Shown: positions 32,761-42,194, counted from the stretch's first letter. The stretch: 64,000 nt of DNA from Candidatus Komeilibacteria bacterium (GCA_048538275.1 JBLYPW010000004.1:7567-71566), one strand, 5' to 3'. The notes: generated by a model not told the origin, from the sequence alone. Numbers and translations: made by a program.

Positions 32761-34161
32761 ATGCCTGCAAAAAAAATAAAGTTATATATTCTGGTCTTGT
32801 TGCTGATGGCCATGCCCTTGTCCGGTTTTGGTTGTAAGTTCTCACAAAGTAATGAAGTGCAGCAACTAAACAAGCCTGTCAATTTGTCCTGGTGGGGCGT
32901 ATGGGAAGAATCCGCGCAAGTAGCCAGCCTGATAAATGCTTACCAATCCGTTCACCCTAATATAAACATAACTTATCGTAAGTTTCGCTGGGAAGAATAT
33001 GAAGCAGCCCTAACCCGTGCCTGGCTAGAGCAACGCGGTCCAGATATTTACTCTATTCCGGCAAGCTATCTACATCAATACCAAAGCTTGATCCAACCAA
33101 TGCCAGCAACCATGCGCTTACCCTTTGTGGAAATGCAAGGCGCTATAAAAAAAGAGCCTGTGACGGTGATAAAAACTGTCGCCGGACTCACGCCCAGCAA
33201 ACTAAAAGATTTATTTGTCGGCGCTATTGCTGATGAAGCGGTCATAGCTGATCAAATATACGGACTGCCTCTCAGTCTGGATAGTCTGGCCCTATACTAT
33301 AATCGTGACATTCTTAACAATGCCCGCATACCACTACCGGCAACCACCTGGTCAGAACTAGTAGAACAGGTGTCCCAACTGGCTGTTTTTGACCAAAATA
33401 ACAATATCAACCAAGCTGCTATTGCGCTGGGCACAAGCGATAACATTCCCCGTTCTAGCGATATTTTATCCCTACTAATGATGCAGAACGGCGCCACTAT
33501 GAGTGATGATGACGGCAGAGTAATTTTTAACCAGCCACCAGAAGGAGTAAATTTTTATCCGGCTAAAGACGCGCTAGACTTTTATACCAGCTTTGCCAAT
33601 ACCAGCAAGGCGGTCTATACCTGGAACGAAGACATGCCTGACGCTTTGGAAGCTTTTACTAGCGGTCGCCTCGCCTATTTTATCGGTTATAGCTACCAGC
33701 TACCCATCATCCGCGCGGCCGCTCCCAAACTAAACTTCAATGTCGCGCCCATGTTACAAACAATGCCCGATGTACAAGAAATAAATTTTGCCGACTGGTG
33801 GGCCCTAACCACTTATTTTGGCGCCGATGAAACTAAGATTGCTCCGGCTTGGAATTTTATAAAATTTATCACTACCACGCCGGAGGTATTGGGACCATAC
33901 TTGACAGAAGCAAAAAGACCAACCGCTCTCCGTGCTTTAATAAATGACCAAATACAACAAGACGGTATCTCTGTTTTTGCCAATCAAGTTTTGACCGCCC
34001 AAAACTGGTATCGTGGTTATGATGCCGTAGCGGCCGATCAAGCAATGCAGCATATGATTGATCAAGCCAATCACGACATTACCGATAAATTTACTCTCAA
34101 CAATTTACTAGACCTAACGGCCGATAAAATTAACCAAACCAATCAACCGCCACAACCATGA
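32761..34161 (+). CDS. Extracellular solute-binding protein (ABC transporter family-1 SBP-like lipoprotein), orphan
   Basis: Signal peptide with GFGC lipobox. SBP-like fold length. No permease or ATPase genes adjacent. Confidence 0.65.
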   Translation: MPAKKIKLYILVLLLMAMPLSGFGCKFSQSNEVQQLNKPVNLSWWGVWEESAQVASLINAYQSVHPNINITYRKFRWEEYEAALTRAWLEQRGPDIYSIPASYLHQYQSLIQPMPATMRLPFVEMQGAIKKEPVTVIKTVAGLTPSKLKDLFVGAIADEAVIADQIYGLPLSLDSLALYYNRDILNNARIPLPATTWSELVEQVSQLAVFDQNNNINQAAIALGTSDNIPRSSDILSLLMMQNGATMSDDDGRVIFNQPPEGVNFYPAKDALDFYTSFANTSKAVYTWNEDMPDALEAFTSGRLAYFIGYSYQLPIIRAAAPKLNFNVAPMLQTMPDVQEINFADWWALTTYFGADETKIAPAWNFIKFITTTPEVLGPYLTEAKRPTALRALINDQIQQDGISVFANQVLTAQNWYRGYDAVAADQAMQHMIDQANHDITDKFTLNNLLDLTADKINQTNQPPQP

Positions 34162-34937
34162 TAAAAAAAATTATTATCCTCATAGCGCTATTACTGCCAC
34201 TCGTCGGGCAAGCTGCCATCTTAGACAATCCCGAATTGTTTCCCCCAAATAATAGTAGCCATACTACCTGTATAGAAGACGGTAGTTGTACCCTAGACCA
34301 AGGCTTTGGCGCCTTTGTAGCGCTCGGACAATGGGGTCTTGGCGTGGTGGGCGCGGCCGCTTTATTGATGTTTATTTATGGTGGTTTTCAGTGGCTAACG
34401 GCTGCCGGCAATCCCAGCAAAATTGAATCCGGCAAAAAAACACTGGTAGCATCATTAACAGGTGTGATAATTGTATTATTGTCTTGGCTTATAGTACAAA
34501 GCATTTACCAACCTCTGACTGGTAATAATTTGACTGGCGCGGGCGCGGTTAATCAAGCTGATATTTGTCTCAGCGCCGCAGATGGTACCGATTGCCGTGG
34601 TGGCTTGGGACAATGTCAAAATGGCGAGTGTGTACAAAAGTGCGACCTATTAAATGATCCTTCCTATGCTTGCCGGGAAAGCGTCTATTGTGATACAGAT
34701 TATGAAATACCAGGACAATGTTTTGGAGCTAGTAATATCCTTTGTTGCAAAGAATACCAGGCACCTGCTTTAGAAACAAAAGACCTAAACAATTATAATA
34801 TAAATCCAGTAAACGACTGTACCAATGTGTACGGGCAGGAATACGGTTGTTACGAACCCTACCTTTGTTGGGAAGGTACAGAAAAAAGTGGAGGACACTG
34901 TATAAACGACCTTGTGTGTTGCGTGTTAGGAGAATAA
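34158..34937 (+). CDS. TrbC/VirB2-like pilin (CPR T4SS-pilin type) with about 140-aa Cys-rich C-terminal extension
   Basis: Signal peptide. Core GGFQWLTAAGNPSKIESGKKTL plus C-terminal TM. About 19 Cys afterwards. ATGA overlap with the SBP. Confidence 0.7.
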   Translation: MIKKIIILIALLLPLVGQAAILDNPELFPPNNSSHTTCIEDGSCTLDQGFGAFVALGQWGLGVVGAAALLMFIYGGFQWLTAAGNPSKIESGKKTLVASLTGVIIVLLSWLIVQSIYQPLTGNNLTGAGAVNQADICLSAADGTDCRGGLGQCQNGECVQKCDLLNDPSYACRESVYCDTDYEIPGQCFGASNILCCKEYQAPALETKDLNNYNINPVNDCTNVYGQEYGCYEPYLCWEGTEKSGGHCINDLVCCVLGE

Positions 34938-34963
34938 AACTTATAAAAATAATCATATCTTGT

Positions 34964-35287
34964 ATGAAAAAAATAACCCCTTGGCTTTTTAGCCTCACCG
35001 TGCTTTGGACCATTGCCTTACCAGCCTTGGCAGTACAAATAAACAACCCTATTCAGGTTAATTCTGCTGCCGAGCTGGCCGGCTTGATCATCAAAACCTT
35101 ACTTGGCTTGGTCGGCATAATTGCCCTAATTTACTTTATTTTAGGCGGTTTTATGTGGATGACAGCCGCTGGCAATCAAGAAAAAATCAAAAAAGGTCGT
35201 GACACTCTGGTATGGGCGACAATCGGCTTGGTAATAATCTTCGCTTCCTATAGTATTGTATATTTTGTACTCGGTATTTTTGATTAG
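34964..35287 (+). CDS. TrbC/VirB2-like pilin paralog 2
   Basis: Signal peptide. GGFMWMTAAGNQEKIKKGRDTL. C-terminal TM. Confidence 0.75.
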   Translation: MKKITPWLFSLTVLWTIALPALAVQINNPIQVNSAAELAGLIIKTLLGLVGIIALIYFILGGFMWMTAAGNQEKIKKGRDTLVWATIGLVIIFASYSIVYFVLGIFD

Positions 35288-35296
35288 AAAAAAACA

Positions 35297-35325
35297 TTGT
35301 AAAAAACAAGCTTCTCTGTTATAAT
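35297..35325 (+). promoter_or_regulatory. Sigma70-like promoter TTGTAA, 17 nt spacer, TATAAT upstream of pilin paralog 3
   Basis: Consensus -10 with 17-nt spacing. RBS AAAGGGGGTGA before the ATG at 35420. Confidence 0.5.
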
Positions 35326-35419
35326 TTTACTAGTTATCAACATATAACAACCTTATTATTAATCATTTTTGGCTGGCCCTTATGACGCTAGCCTAAAACT
35401 GAAAGGGGGTGAAACTGGT

Positions 35420-35800
35420 ATGAGAAAAATTTTCTCCAAGACCAATATCATCGCTTTTGTCATGTTGGCCTTGATGATGATGCCAATAGTGACAATGGCT
35501 GCAGGCAATGTTGACATTGGCATTAATGATGCCGCCAATATCGGCCTGGGCAATACAGACGCTAAAGACGTCGTGACTAACATAATCCAAGTTATTCTCG
35601 GATTCTTGGGCTTAGTTGCAGTTATTATCATCTTAGCTGGTGGTTTCATGTGGATGACAGCCGGTGGTAATGAAGATAAAGTAAAAAAGGGTCGCCAATT
35701 GATTATCAATGGTATTATTGGCCTGATTATCATTTTAGCTGCCTTCTCTATCGCGACTTTTGTGCTCAATTCCTTAAAATCAGCAACCGGATTAAACTAA
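35420..35800 (+). CDS. TrbC/VirB2-like pilin paralog 3
   Basis: GGFMWMTAGGNEDKVKKGRQLI. Confidence 0.75.
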   Translation: MRKIFSKTNIIAFVMLALMMMPIVTMAAGNVDIGINDAANIGLGNTDAKDVVTNIIQVILGFLGLVAVIIILAGGFMWMTAGGNEDKVKKGRQLIINGIIGLIIILAAFSIATFVLNSLKSATGLN

Positions 35801-35892
35801 CTATTTTATAGTCTAGACTATAGTGGATCAAATCCTTGGTCCACTTAGGCCTAAACTTTAATTAGGGTTATAAATAAGTATTAAATAATACT

Positions 35893-36279
35893 ATGATGAA
35901 AAATATCTTTAGTCGTACCAATATTGTCGCCTTTCTATTGTTGGCTATAATGTTTGTGCCAGCTATTACCATGGCTAGCGGATTAGATACTAACTTGGGT
36001 CTAAATTATGCTGGCAATATTGGCCTGGGCGAAACAGACGCCATAGACGTTGTTACAAATATCATACAAGTAATCTTGGGCTTCTTGGGATTGGTGGCGG
36101 TAGTAATTATCTTAATTGGTGGATTCACTTGGATGACAGCCGGTGGTAATGAGGATAAGGTCAAAAAAGGCCGCACCTGGATTATCAACGGCGTTATTGG
36201 CTTAGTGATAGTGCTAGCTGCTTTTTCCATCGCTTCCTTTGTTATCAATGCCAGCAAGAACGCTACTGGCCTTAATTAA
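35893..36279 (+). CDS. TrbC/VirB2-like pilin paralog 4
   Basis: GGFTWMTAGGNEDKVKKGRTWI. Confidence 0.75.
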   Translation: MMKNIFSRTNIVAFLLLAIMFVPAITMASGLDTNLGLNYAGNIGLGETDAIDVVTNIIQVILGFLGLVAVVIILIGGFTWMTAGGNEDKVKKGRTWIINGVIGLVIVLAAFSIASFVINASKNATGLN

Positions 36280-36363
36280 TATAGTCTAAATTTTGGCGGG
36301 CCAGACTTGGCCCGCCCTGATGTGGCCTATATTATGATTTGGTTAAATAAAAAAAATCAATCT

Positions 36364-36750
36364 ATGTTATTTGTCAGCCTAATTTTATTTATGGCTGCTT
36401 TTGTTTTGTTTACCACGATTAGCCCTGCTCTAGCCTCTTCCGGCCTAGATGATGCTAAAGAGGGCCTAGGACAGGCCGCTCGTTATGGCGGCTTTACGAG
36501 CGACGCAGAAGGACCAACTAGTCCAGTAGATTTAGCTTCAAAAATAATTAAGACAATTCTTGGTTTTGTTGGCACTATATTTTTAATCCTTATTATAGTC
36601 TCCGGCTTCCAGTGGATGACAGCCGGTGGTAATGAAGAAACTATAAAAAAAGCCCGCGGTAGAATGACTAGCGCCGTTATTGGTTTGGCAATCATTCTCG
36701 GGGCTTGGGTAATCACCGACTTTGTAATTAATTCTATAGTATCTTTATAA
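36364..36750 (+). CDS. TrbC/VirB2-like pilin paralog 5
   Basis: SGFQWMTAGGNEETIKKARGRM. The start could instead be 36307 or 36334. Confidence 0.7.
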   Translation: MLFVSLILFMAAFVLFTTISPALASSGLDDAKEGLGQAARYGGFTSDAEGPTSPVDLASKIIKTILGFVGTIFLILIIVSGFQWMTAGGNEETIKKARGRMTSAVIGLAIILGAWVITDFVINSIVSL

Positions 36751-36751
36751 A

Positions 36752-37150
36752 ATGAATTTTCATAACAAAAAAAAGCTGCTACTCTGCTTCATTTTAATGG
36801 GCTTGATTGTGTTACCCGCCTTAGGCCACGCCGCGCTTCTAAAAGAAGGCACCGACATAGGCGGCGGTGCCAAAAATTTTGCTGAACACTTGGGTTATCA
36901 AACAAACAATACTAATACACCAACCGATGTCGCAGCATATATCATAACCTTGCTATTAAGCTTTGTGGGCACCGTCTTTGTAATATTAATTATCGTCTCC
37001 GGCTTCCAGTGGATGACGGCCGGTGGTAATGAAGAGACTATCAAAACATCACGCAAGCGAATAATTAATGCGACTATTGGCTTAGTAATAGTTTTAGCCG
37101 CTTTTGTTATCACCAGGTTTGTCTTATTTAATATACAATATGCCGTTTAA
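36752..37150 (+). CDS. TrbC/VirB2-like pilin paralog 6
   Basis: SGFQWMTAGGNEETIKTSRKRI. Confidence 0.75.
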   Translation: MNFHNKKKLLLCFILMGLIVLPALGHAALLKEGTDIGGGAKNFAEHLGYQTNNTNTPTDVAAYIITLLLSFVGTVFVILIIVSGFQWMTAGGNEETIKTSRKRIINATIGLVIVLAAFVITRFVLFNIQYAV

Positions 37151-37556
37151 AATAGTAAAAAAAACACTAAGCATAGTTAGCCTCTTTATTCTGCTGCTAC
37201 CCGCTGTGGTAGGGGCGGCTGGAAATCAGCCAGCCAGCGACCTTGATCAATTGCAAATGGGACAATTTGATGCGTTAGAAAATGCCGTCACCGGGCAAGG
37301 CGACCAAGAACCAGCCTCAGTAGATAGTATAGTGGCCTACATTATCAGGATGGCGCTTAGCTTTCTCGGCTTTATATTTATAATATTAATTATCGTCTCC
37401 GGCTTCCAGTGGATGACGGCCGGGGGCAATGAAGAGACTATCAAAACATCACGTAAACGCATGACCAATGCTGTCATTGGACTAGCCATAGTAATAGCCG
37501 CCTTTGCTATCAGTGAATTTGTATTAGGAACAATTATCAATGCCACATTACGCTAA
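37140..37556 (+). CDS. TrbC/VirB2-like pilin paralog 7
   Basis: SGFQWMTAGGNEETIKTSRKRM. Overlaps paralog 6 by 11 nt. Confidence 0.75.
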   Translation: MPFKIVKKTLSIVSLFILLLPAVVGAAGNQPASDLDQLQMGQFDALENAVTGQGDQEPASVDSIVAYIIRMALSFLGFIFIILIIVSGFQWMTAGGNEETIKTSRKRMTNAVIGLAIVIAAFAISEFVLGTIINATLR

Positions 37557-38040
37557 AATTACCGTTCTAGTTGTTTTTTCCCTCACCATCCTAATGAGTG
37601 CGGGTATTTTTTTTAGTCAACCCGCTCTTGCCAGTTCTGACCTGGGCAATACCATCTTAAACGAACACCAACAATTTCAAAACGAAGTAGGGGTGCTAAC
37701 CCCAGAAAGAGACTTGCCTGATATTATTGTTATGCTGATTAAATCAATCCTCGGGCTATTGGGCCTAGTTTTTGTCGTATTAATACTACAGGGAGGCTTT
37801 CAGTGGATGACTGCCGGGGGTAATGAAGCCTCAATAAAAAGCGCTAAGAATAGATTAAAAAACGCTATTATCGGATTGCTCATAATTATAGCGGCTTATT
37901 CTATTACTTTGTTTGTAATAAATGCTCTCAAAAAAAGCACCGGCGCTCAATATCAAAGCAGCTCCTGCCAAAGTAACGATGATTGTCCTAGTGGTTTTCG
38001 TTGTAGCGAGGCTTTACACACCTGCGTAATAAAGTTATAA
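37540..38040 (+). CDS. TrbC/VirB2-like pilin paralog 8 with short Cys-rich C-terminal tail
   Basis: GGFQWMTAGGNEASIKSAKNRL followed by SSCQSNDDCPSGFRCSEALHTCV. Confidence 0.7.
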   Translation: MPHYAKITVLVVFSLTILMSAGIFFSQPALASSDLGNTILNEHQQFQNEVGVLTPERDLPDIIVMLIKSILGLLGLVFVVLILQGGFQWMTAGGNEASIKSAKNRLKNAIIGLLIIIAAYSITLFVINALKKSTGAQYQSSSCQSNDDCPSGFRCSEALHTCVIKL

Positions 38041-38098
38041 ACCAAAATCATCAGCTAATAAAAAACACACCTTCCTAGGTGTTTTTTTATTTATCTTT

Positions 38099-39700
38099 TT
38101 ATTGAACCGCAAATATCTCTGCCTCTTCGTCACTATACACTGGCAGGAAATAAACATTGTTTATTAGTTTAGCTAATAGCTTATCATTCTTCTTGTCAAC
38201 CAAAATGTACTTGGCTTGCAAACGATCATGAAAAAGCTGATAAGGCGGTACCAGATTACGATCTTTCACCAAATCAGTTAAAGCCAAAACTCCTTGCGGA
38301 TACACGGGCAAGCTTAAGCGGGGATCAAGTCCGTAAAAATAATTATTATTGGTATTATAATAAAACAAACTGGGCCATTGTCCCCAATTATCATTTACGA
38401 CCAAACTATGATCAGGCGTATTCATTGACAACCATTGCGCGGCAGCCTGCAGGTGAGTTAACGATATGCCCTTGTTACTGTCTGTTTTCACCATATAAAA
38501 ATTACGTCCTGTGATCAGCAAGGCTATAAAAAGCCCTACCCACAACCAACGACGACGACTTTTATACGGCTGGCAATAATTTTTCCACCAGGCTGATAAG
38601 CCCTGTCCTCCCAATAAATCACGCCACAATAAAGCTAAAAATATGACCATTGCCGGTGCCGAGTATTCAATAAAACGACGCGCGTTAATTGTTGCTATAA
38701 ACATAATAAGGGAAAAAAGCGCCATAAAAACAGTTGCCTTTTCTATTTTTCGCGGTCGCAATATCCATAATAAACTAGCCGCCATAATAACAAACAACAA
38801 ACCGGCGCTGCCCAATAAAGCATATATATTATAAGGATACCACTCGCTCCCTACATTAAGCAGCCGATAATCTATATTGCGAACCGCTATATCTAAGACT
38901 TGCTGACCGTAAAAATATAAGTTTTGTGGCCAATATGGATGACTGATAACTCCTCCGATAATGCCCAACAAACTCAACAATAACAAGCCCCATTTGCGCG
39001 CCTGCTGTTTACCAACCAACCCCAATTTAATTAAGACTTGTTTGATTCTAGATCTTAGTTGGGCTAATTTGTCATCACTGTGCGAACGATAAAAAATATC
39101 TATTAGCAACCACAAACCGATAACAGCCGGCAAAATCAAAAATCCTCCATACAGCCAAACAAATAACCAACTAATCAAAAACACCTTGAAATAACGATAG
39201 TGCATCGCCCAGTGCATGCCCAACAATAAAAATATTAAAGCCCAAGACGAGGCTTTTACCAAAGAAATTCTAAACAAAAAAGGATAAACACTCAATAATA
39301 CCGCCAGCCAGGCTGCTGGCCACGGCGCTCGATATTTTTTCAAACCAAAATATAATAAGGTTAATAAAAGGCTAGAAGTGAAGACGGTGGCTAATTTTAT
39401 ACCCACCAATGGCGGCAACCACTTTACCCAAGGGACGAGCCACAAGTGATATAGCCAGTGATGATCAGTAAAGCTTTGCGCTAAAGTCGTGCCTTGCAAC
39501 CAAGGAAAGCTGCCTAATATTGGTTCATTCTCCATTAAAACTGCCATTTTCGCGTGATAAAAAGCATCCGGATCCATAAATGTGGGGCTGACTTGTATCC
39601 AAGCTAGCAGCAAAAAACACAATAAAAAAACCACCAATACATCAAGCTGATGGGACAATAAAAAACCGATCACATTGCGCCACTTGTTCTTTAAAAACAT
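38099..39700 (-). CDS. Polytopic membrane protein, putative GT-C-fold glycosyltransferase-like
   Basis: 533 aa, more than 10 TM. Conserved-looking DPDAFYH loop after TM1. Family assignment tentative. Confidence 0.45.
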   Translation of the reverse strand: MFLKNKWRNVIGFLLSHQLDVLVVFLLCFLLLAWIQVSPTFMDPDAFYHAKMAVLMENEPILGSFPWLQGTTLAQSFTDHHWLYHLWLVPWVKWLPPLVGIKLATVFTSSLLLTLLYFGLKKYRAPWPAAWLAVLLSVYPFLFRISLVKASSWALIFLLLGMHWAMHYRYFKVFLISWLFVWLYGGFLILPAVIGLWLLIDIFYRSHSDDKLAQLRSRIKQVLIKLGLVGKQQARKWGLLLLSLLGIIGGVISHPYWPQNLYFYGQQVLDIAVRNIDYRLLNVGSEWYPYNIYALLGSAGLLFVIMAASLLWILRPRKIEKATVFMALFSLIMFIATINARRFIEYSAPAMVIFLALLWRDLLGGQGLSAWWKNYCQPYKSRRRWLWVGLFIALLITGRNFYMVKTDSNKGISLTHLQAAAQWLSMNTPDHSLVVNDNWGQWPSLFYYNTNNNYFYGLDPRLSLPVYPQGVLALTDLVKDRNLVPPYQLFHDRLQAKYILVDKKNDKLLAKLINNVYFLPVYSDEEAEIFAVQ

Positions 39701-39839
39701 GGTTGTATTATATCAATTTTACTTTTATTTGACTACAAAAAATCCTCGGCAAGCATGGTAGCGAGGATCTTGTGGCTAAATGAGCCAGGCATGGGGGTAA
39801 ATAATATAAAAGGGAATAAATCCCCCTCTATACACTATA

Positions 39840-40880
39840 TTAGGTTGCTTTGCTGGACAGCGCTTTTTTAAATTCATCAACCCAGGGTATAGCTATCGGA
39901 TCAACCTTATTAGCAACACTTATATGATAGCACAAATATGAACCAGATTGCAAAGTGGAAAAACTATCATGTAATAAACTATCGCCTGTTACTGTCATTT
40001 CCGCCCAGGCGACCTTCTGACGACTAAGAATATTTTGTGTCAATCTTATTCTTTTTTGTATTTCCTCACTATAATTTGAAGAATTTAAGAAAATTACCTG
40101 CAAATACTGTTTGATCACCGCTCGCGGTACTTGTAATGCCTCTAGCCAGTGGTGATTTAAATCCGGTAATGTTAACCACCAAGCTAATTGTTTAGCGGTT
40201 TCATTAACTTGGTTGGCTAAAATATGCGCATTACCAATCAAATGTTCGGCACCAACAAGTAATAAGGCTTTGCCTGCTACCGCCTTACCTAATTTAGCAA
40301 TTGCCTGATCGTCTGCCAATGTTTGATTGGCCTGTAAAAATTTTTTATCAGCTAGGCTGACTAATTTGGCTTTTTTTAAAACTTGTAAAAAAGCACCAAT
40401 GGAATAACCCAAGCCCCAACGCGGCTGCTTGGATGGATTAAAATTATCGCCCCATATTAAGCCGGGCACGCCTTGTTTGTGCAGAGCCGCCAGCTTGCCG
40501 CCGCCACTCAAAACATACCCCTTCAACTTCTTTTGTTTGACTTCATTTGCGCAACTTAAAACCTCTGCTGTGTTACCAGAATAGCTGGCTAAAACCACTA
40601 GGGTTTGTTTATTAACAAAGCCGGGCAAAGTATAGTCTGGCCTTAAAATTATAGGCACCTTAATCTGATCGCCTAAAACGTGGCGCACCAAATCATAACC
40701 AATATTAGAGCCGCCCATACCACAAATAACAACATTGCGAAAATTCTTATATCCGACCGGCCAGTCTGCTTCGGCTGTCTGTTGCCACCCCTGTTCTAAT
40801 TGCGCAGGAAGCAATCCAATAGACTGATAAACGCTGGCTTGTTGTTGAGAAACTTTATTCATATTAGTATTGTAATGCAT
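39840..40880 (-). CDS. SIS-domain bifunctional phosphoglucose/phosphomannose isomerase
   Basis: GMGGSNIGYDLV and SYSGNTAE SIS motifs. Size fits the PGI/PMI family. Confidence 0.7.
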   Translation of the reverse strand: MHYNTNMNKVSQQQASVYQSIGLLPAQLEQGWQQTAEADWPVGYKNFRNVVICGMGGSNIGYDLVRHVLGDQIKVPIILRPDYTLPGFVNKQTLVVLASYSGNTAEVLSCANEVKQKKLKGYVLSGGGKLAALHKQGVPGLIWGDNFNPSKQPRWGLGYSIGAFLQVLKKAKLVSLADKKFLQANQTLADDQAIAKLGKAVAGKALLLVGAEHLIGNAHILANQVNETAKQLAWWLTLPDLNHHWLEALQVPRAVIKQYLQVIFLNSSNYSEEIQKRIRLTQNILSRQKVAWAEMTVTGDSLLHDSFSTLQSGSYLCYHISVANKVDPIAIPWVDEFKKALSSKAT

Positions 40881-40982
40881 TTAAACAAAACACTCAATAA
40901 TCACCGGCTTAAAAACATTGATTTTTTACTCATTTTCCGCTACAATTTAATAAGTTTAAGTTTTATCAGCACAATAAAAACC

Positions 40983-41690
40983 ATGTCTGGACACTCAAAA
41001 TGGGCCACTACCAAACGTCAAAAAGCATCTGCCGACGCCAAACGCAGCAATCTTTTTACCAAACTAGCAAAAAACATTGCTATTGCCGCGCGCGACGGCA
41101 GCGATCCGGAGACCAATTTTAAACTTCGCATTGCCATAGACCGAGCCAAAAAGCTAAGCCTGCCTAAAGACAATATAGAGAGAGCCATAAAAAATGGCAG
41201 TGGCGAATTGACCGGCCAACAAATTGAAGAAATTCTCTACGAAGCTTATGCTCCGGATGGCATCGCGTTACTTATAGCCACTATTACTGACAACAAAAAT
41301 CGCACCGTTAGTGAAATTAAACACCTGCTGACAAAAGCTGGCGGTAGTTTGGGTAGCAGCGGCAGTGTTTTGTGGATGTTTACTAGGCGTGGCGTAATTT
41401 ATTTAAACGATTCTAACTTAAAAGAAGAGCAGGAGTTGGCGCTAATAGATGCCGGCGCCATTGATATTGATCGAAACGAAGACAAGATAATAATTTATAC
41501 TTCTGATACAGACTTTAAGGCCGTAGAAGAAGTGGCCCGCAATGCAAAACTAGATATTGATGATAGCGACCTAGAATATATTGCCAAGGACATTGTTGTC
41601 CCGCCACAACCAGATAAAATAACTAAATTAATGGATCAGCTAGATGAGCTAGATGACGTACAAAACGTCTATACTAATGCTGATGTTTAA
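40983..41690 (+). CDS. yebC: YebC/PmpR family DNA-binding regulator
   Basis: MSGHSKWATTKRQKASADAKRSNLFTKLAK. Confidence 0.9.
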   Translation: MSGHSKWATTKRQKASADAKRSNLFTKLAKNIAIAARDGSDPETNFKLRIAIDRAKKLSLPKDNIERAIKNGSGELTGQQIEEILYEAYAPDGIALLIATITDNKNRTVSEIKHLLTKAGGSLGSSGSVLWMFTRRGVIYLNDSNLKEEQELALIDAGAIDIDRNEDKIIIYTSDTDFKAVEEVARNAKLDIDDSDLEYIAKDIVVPPQPDKITKLMDQLDELDDVQNVYTNADV

Positions 41691-41692
41691 AA

Positions 41693-42193
41693 ATGACTAA
41701 TAGGCCAGCAAAAAAACGCATACTCGGAATTGATCCCGGCTTCGCTGATACTGGTTTTGGCATTTTAGAGTTCTCAGGAAATAACGTCCTTACCATTGAC
41801 TATGGCTCAATCAAAACCGCCGCCGGCCAACCTTTTCCGGACAGACTAATATATATTTACGATCAAGTTGCTAGTCTAATAAAAAACTACAAACCCTCTC
41901 ACTTGGCAATTGAGGATTTATTTTTCTATAAAAACATAACTACCGCCATCAAGGTCAGTCAGGCGCGCGGCGTGGTGCTGCTTGCCGCCCGACAAAAAAA
42001 ATTAACTATTAGCAACCATAGCCCCTTACAAGTAAAACAATCTTTAACTGGCTGGGGCGGAGCAGACAAAAAACAAATGGGAAAAATGATAAAAACCGTC
42101 TTGCATTTAGAGAAAGTGCCCACCCCTGATGATGCCGCCGACGCCCTGGCAATAGCTTGGTGTGCTGGCGCTAACCTAATCATTAAAAAATAA
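41693..42193 (+). CDS. ruvC: Crossover junction endodeoxyribonuclease RuvC
   Basis: ILGIDPGFADTGFGIL... catalytic Asp residues. Confidence 0.9.
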   Translation: MTNRPAKKRILGIDPGFADTGFGILEFSGNNVLTIDYGSIKTAAGQPFPDRLIYIYDQVASLIKNYKPSHLAIEDLFFYKNITTAIKVSQARGVVLLAARQKKLTISNHSPLQVKQSLTGWGGADKKQMGKMIKTVLHLEKVPTPDDAADALAIAWCAGANLIIKK

Positions 42194-42194
42194 A

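Noticed and set aside
35380-37546. Minus-strand ORFs mirroring each pilin gene (35380-35769, 36006-36257, 36483-36716, 36898-37113, 37337-37546)
   Set aside because: They are reverse-complement shadows of the conserved GGFxWMTAGGNEE core. The plus strand has signal peptides, RBSs and the known family motif.
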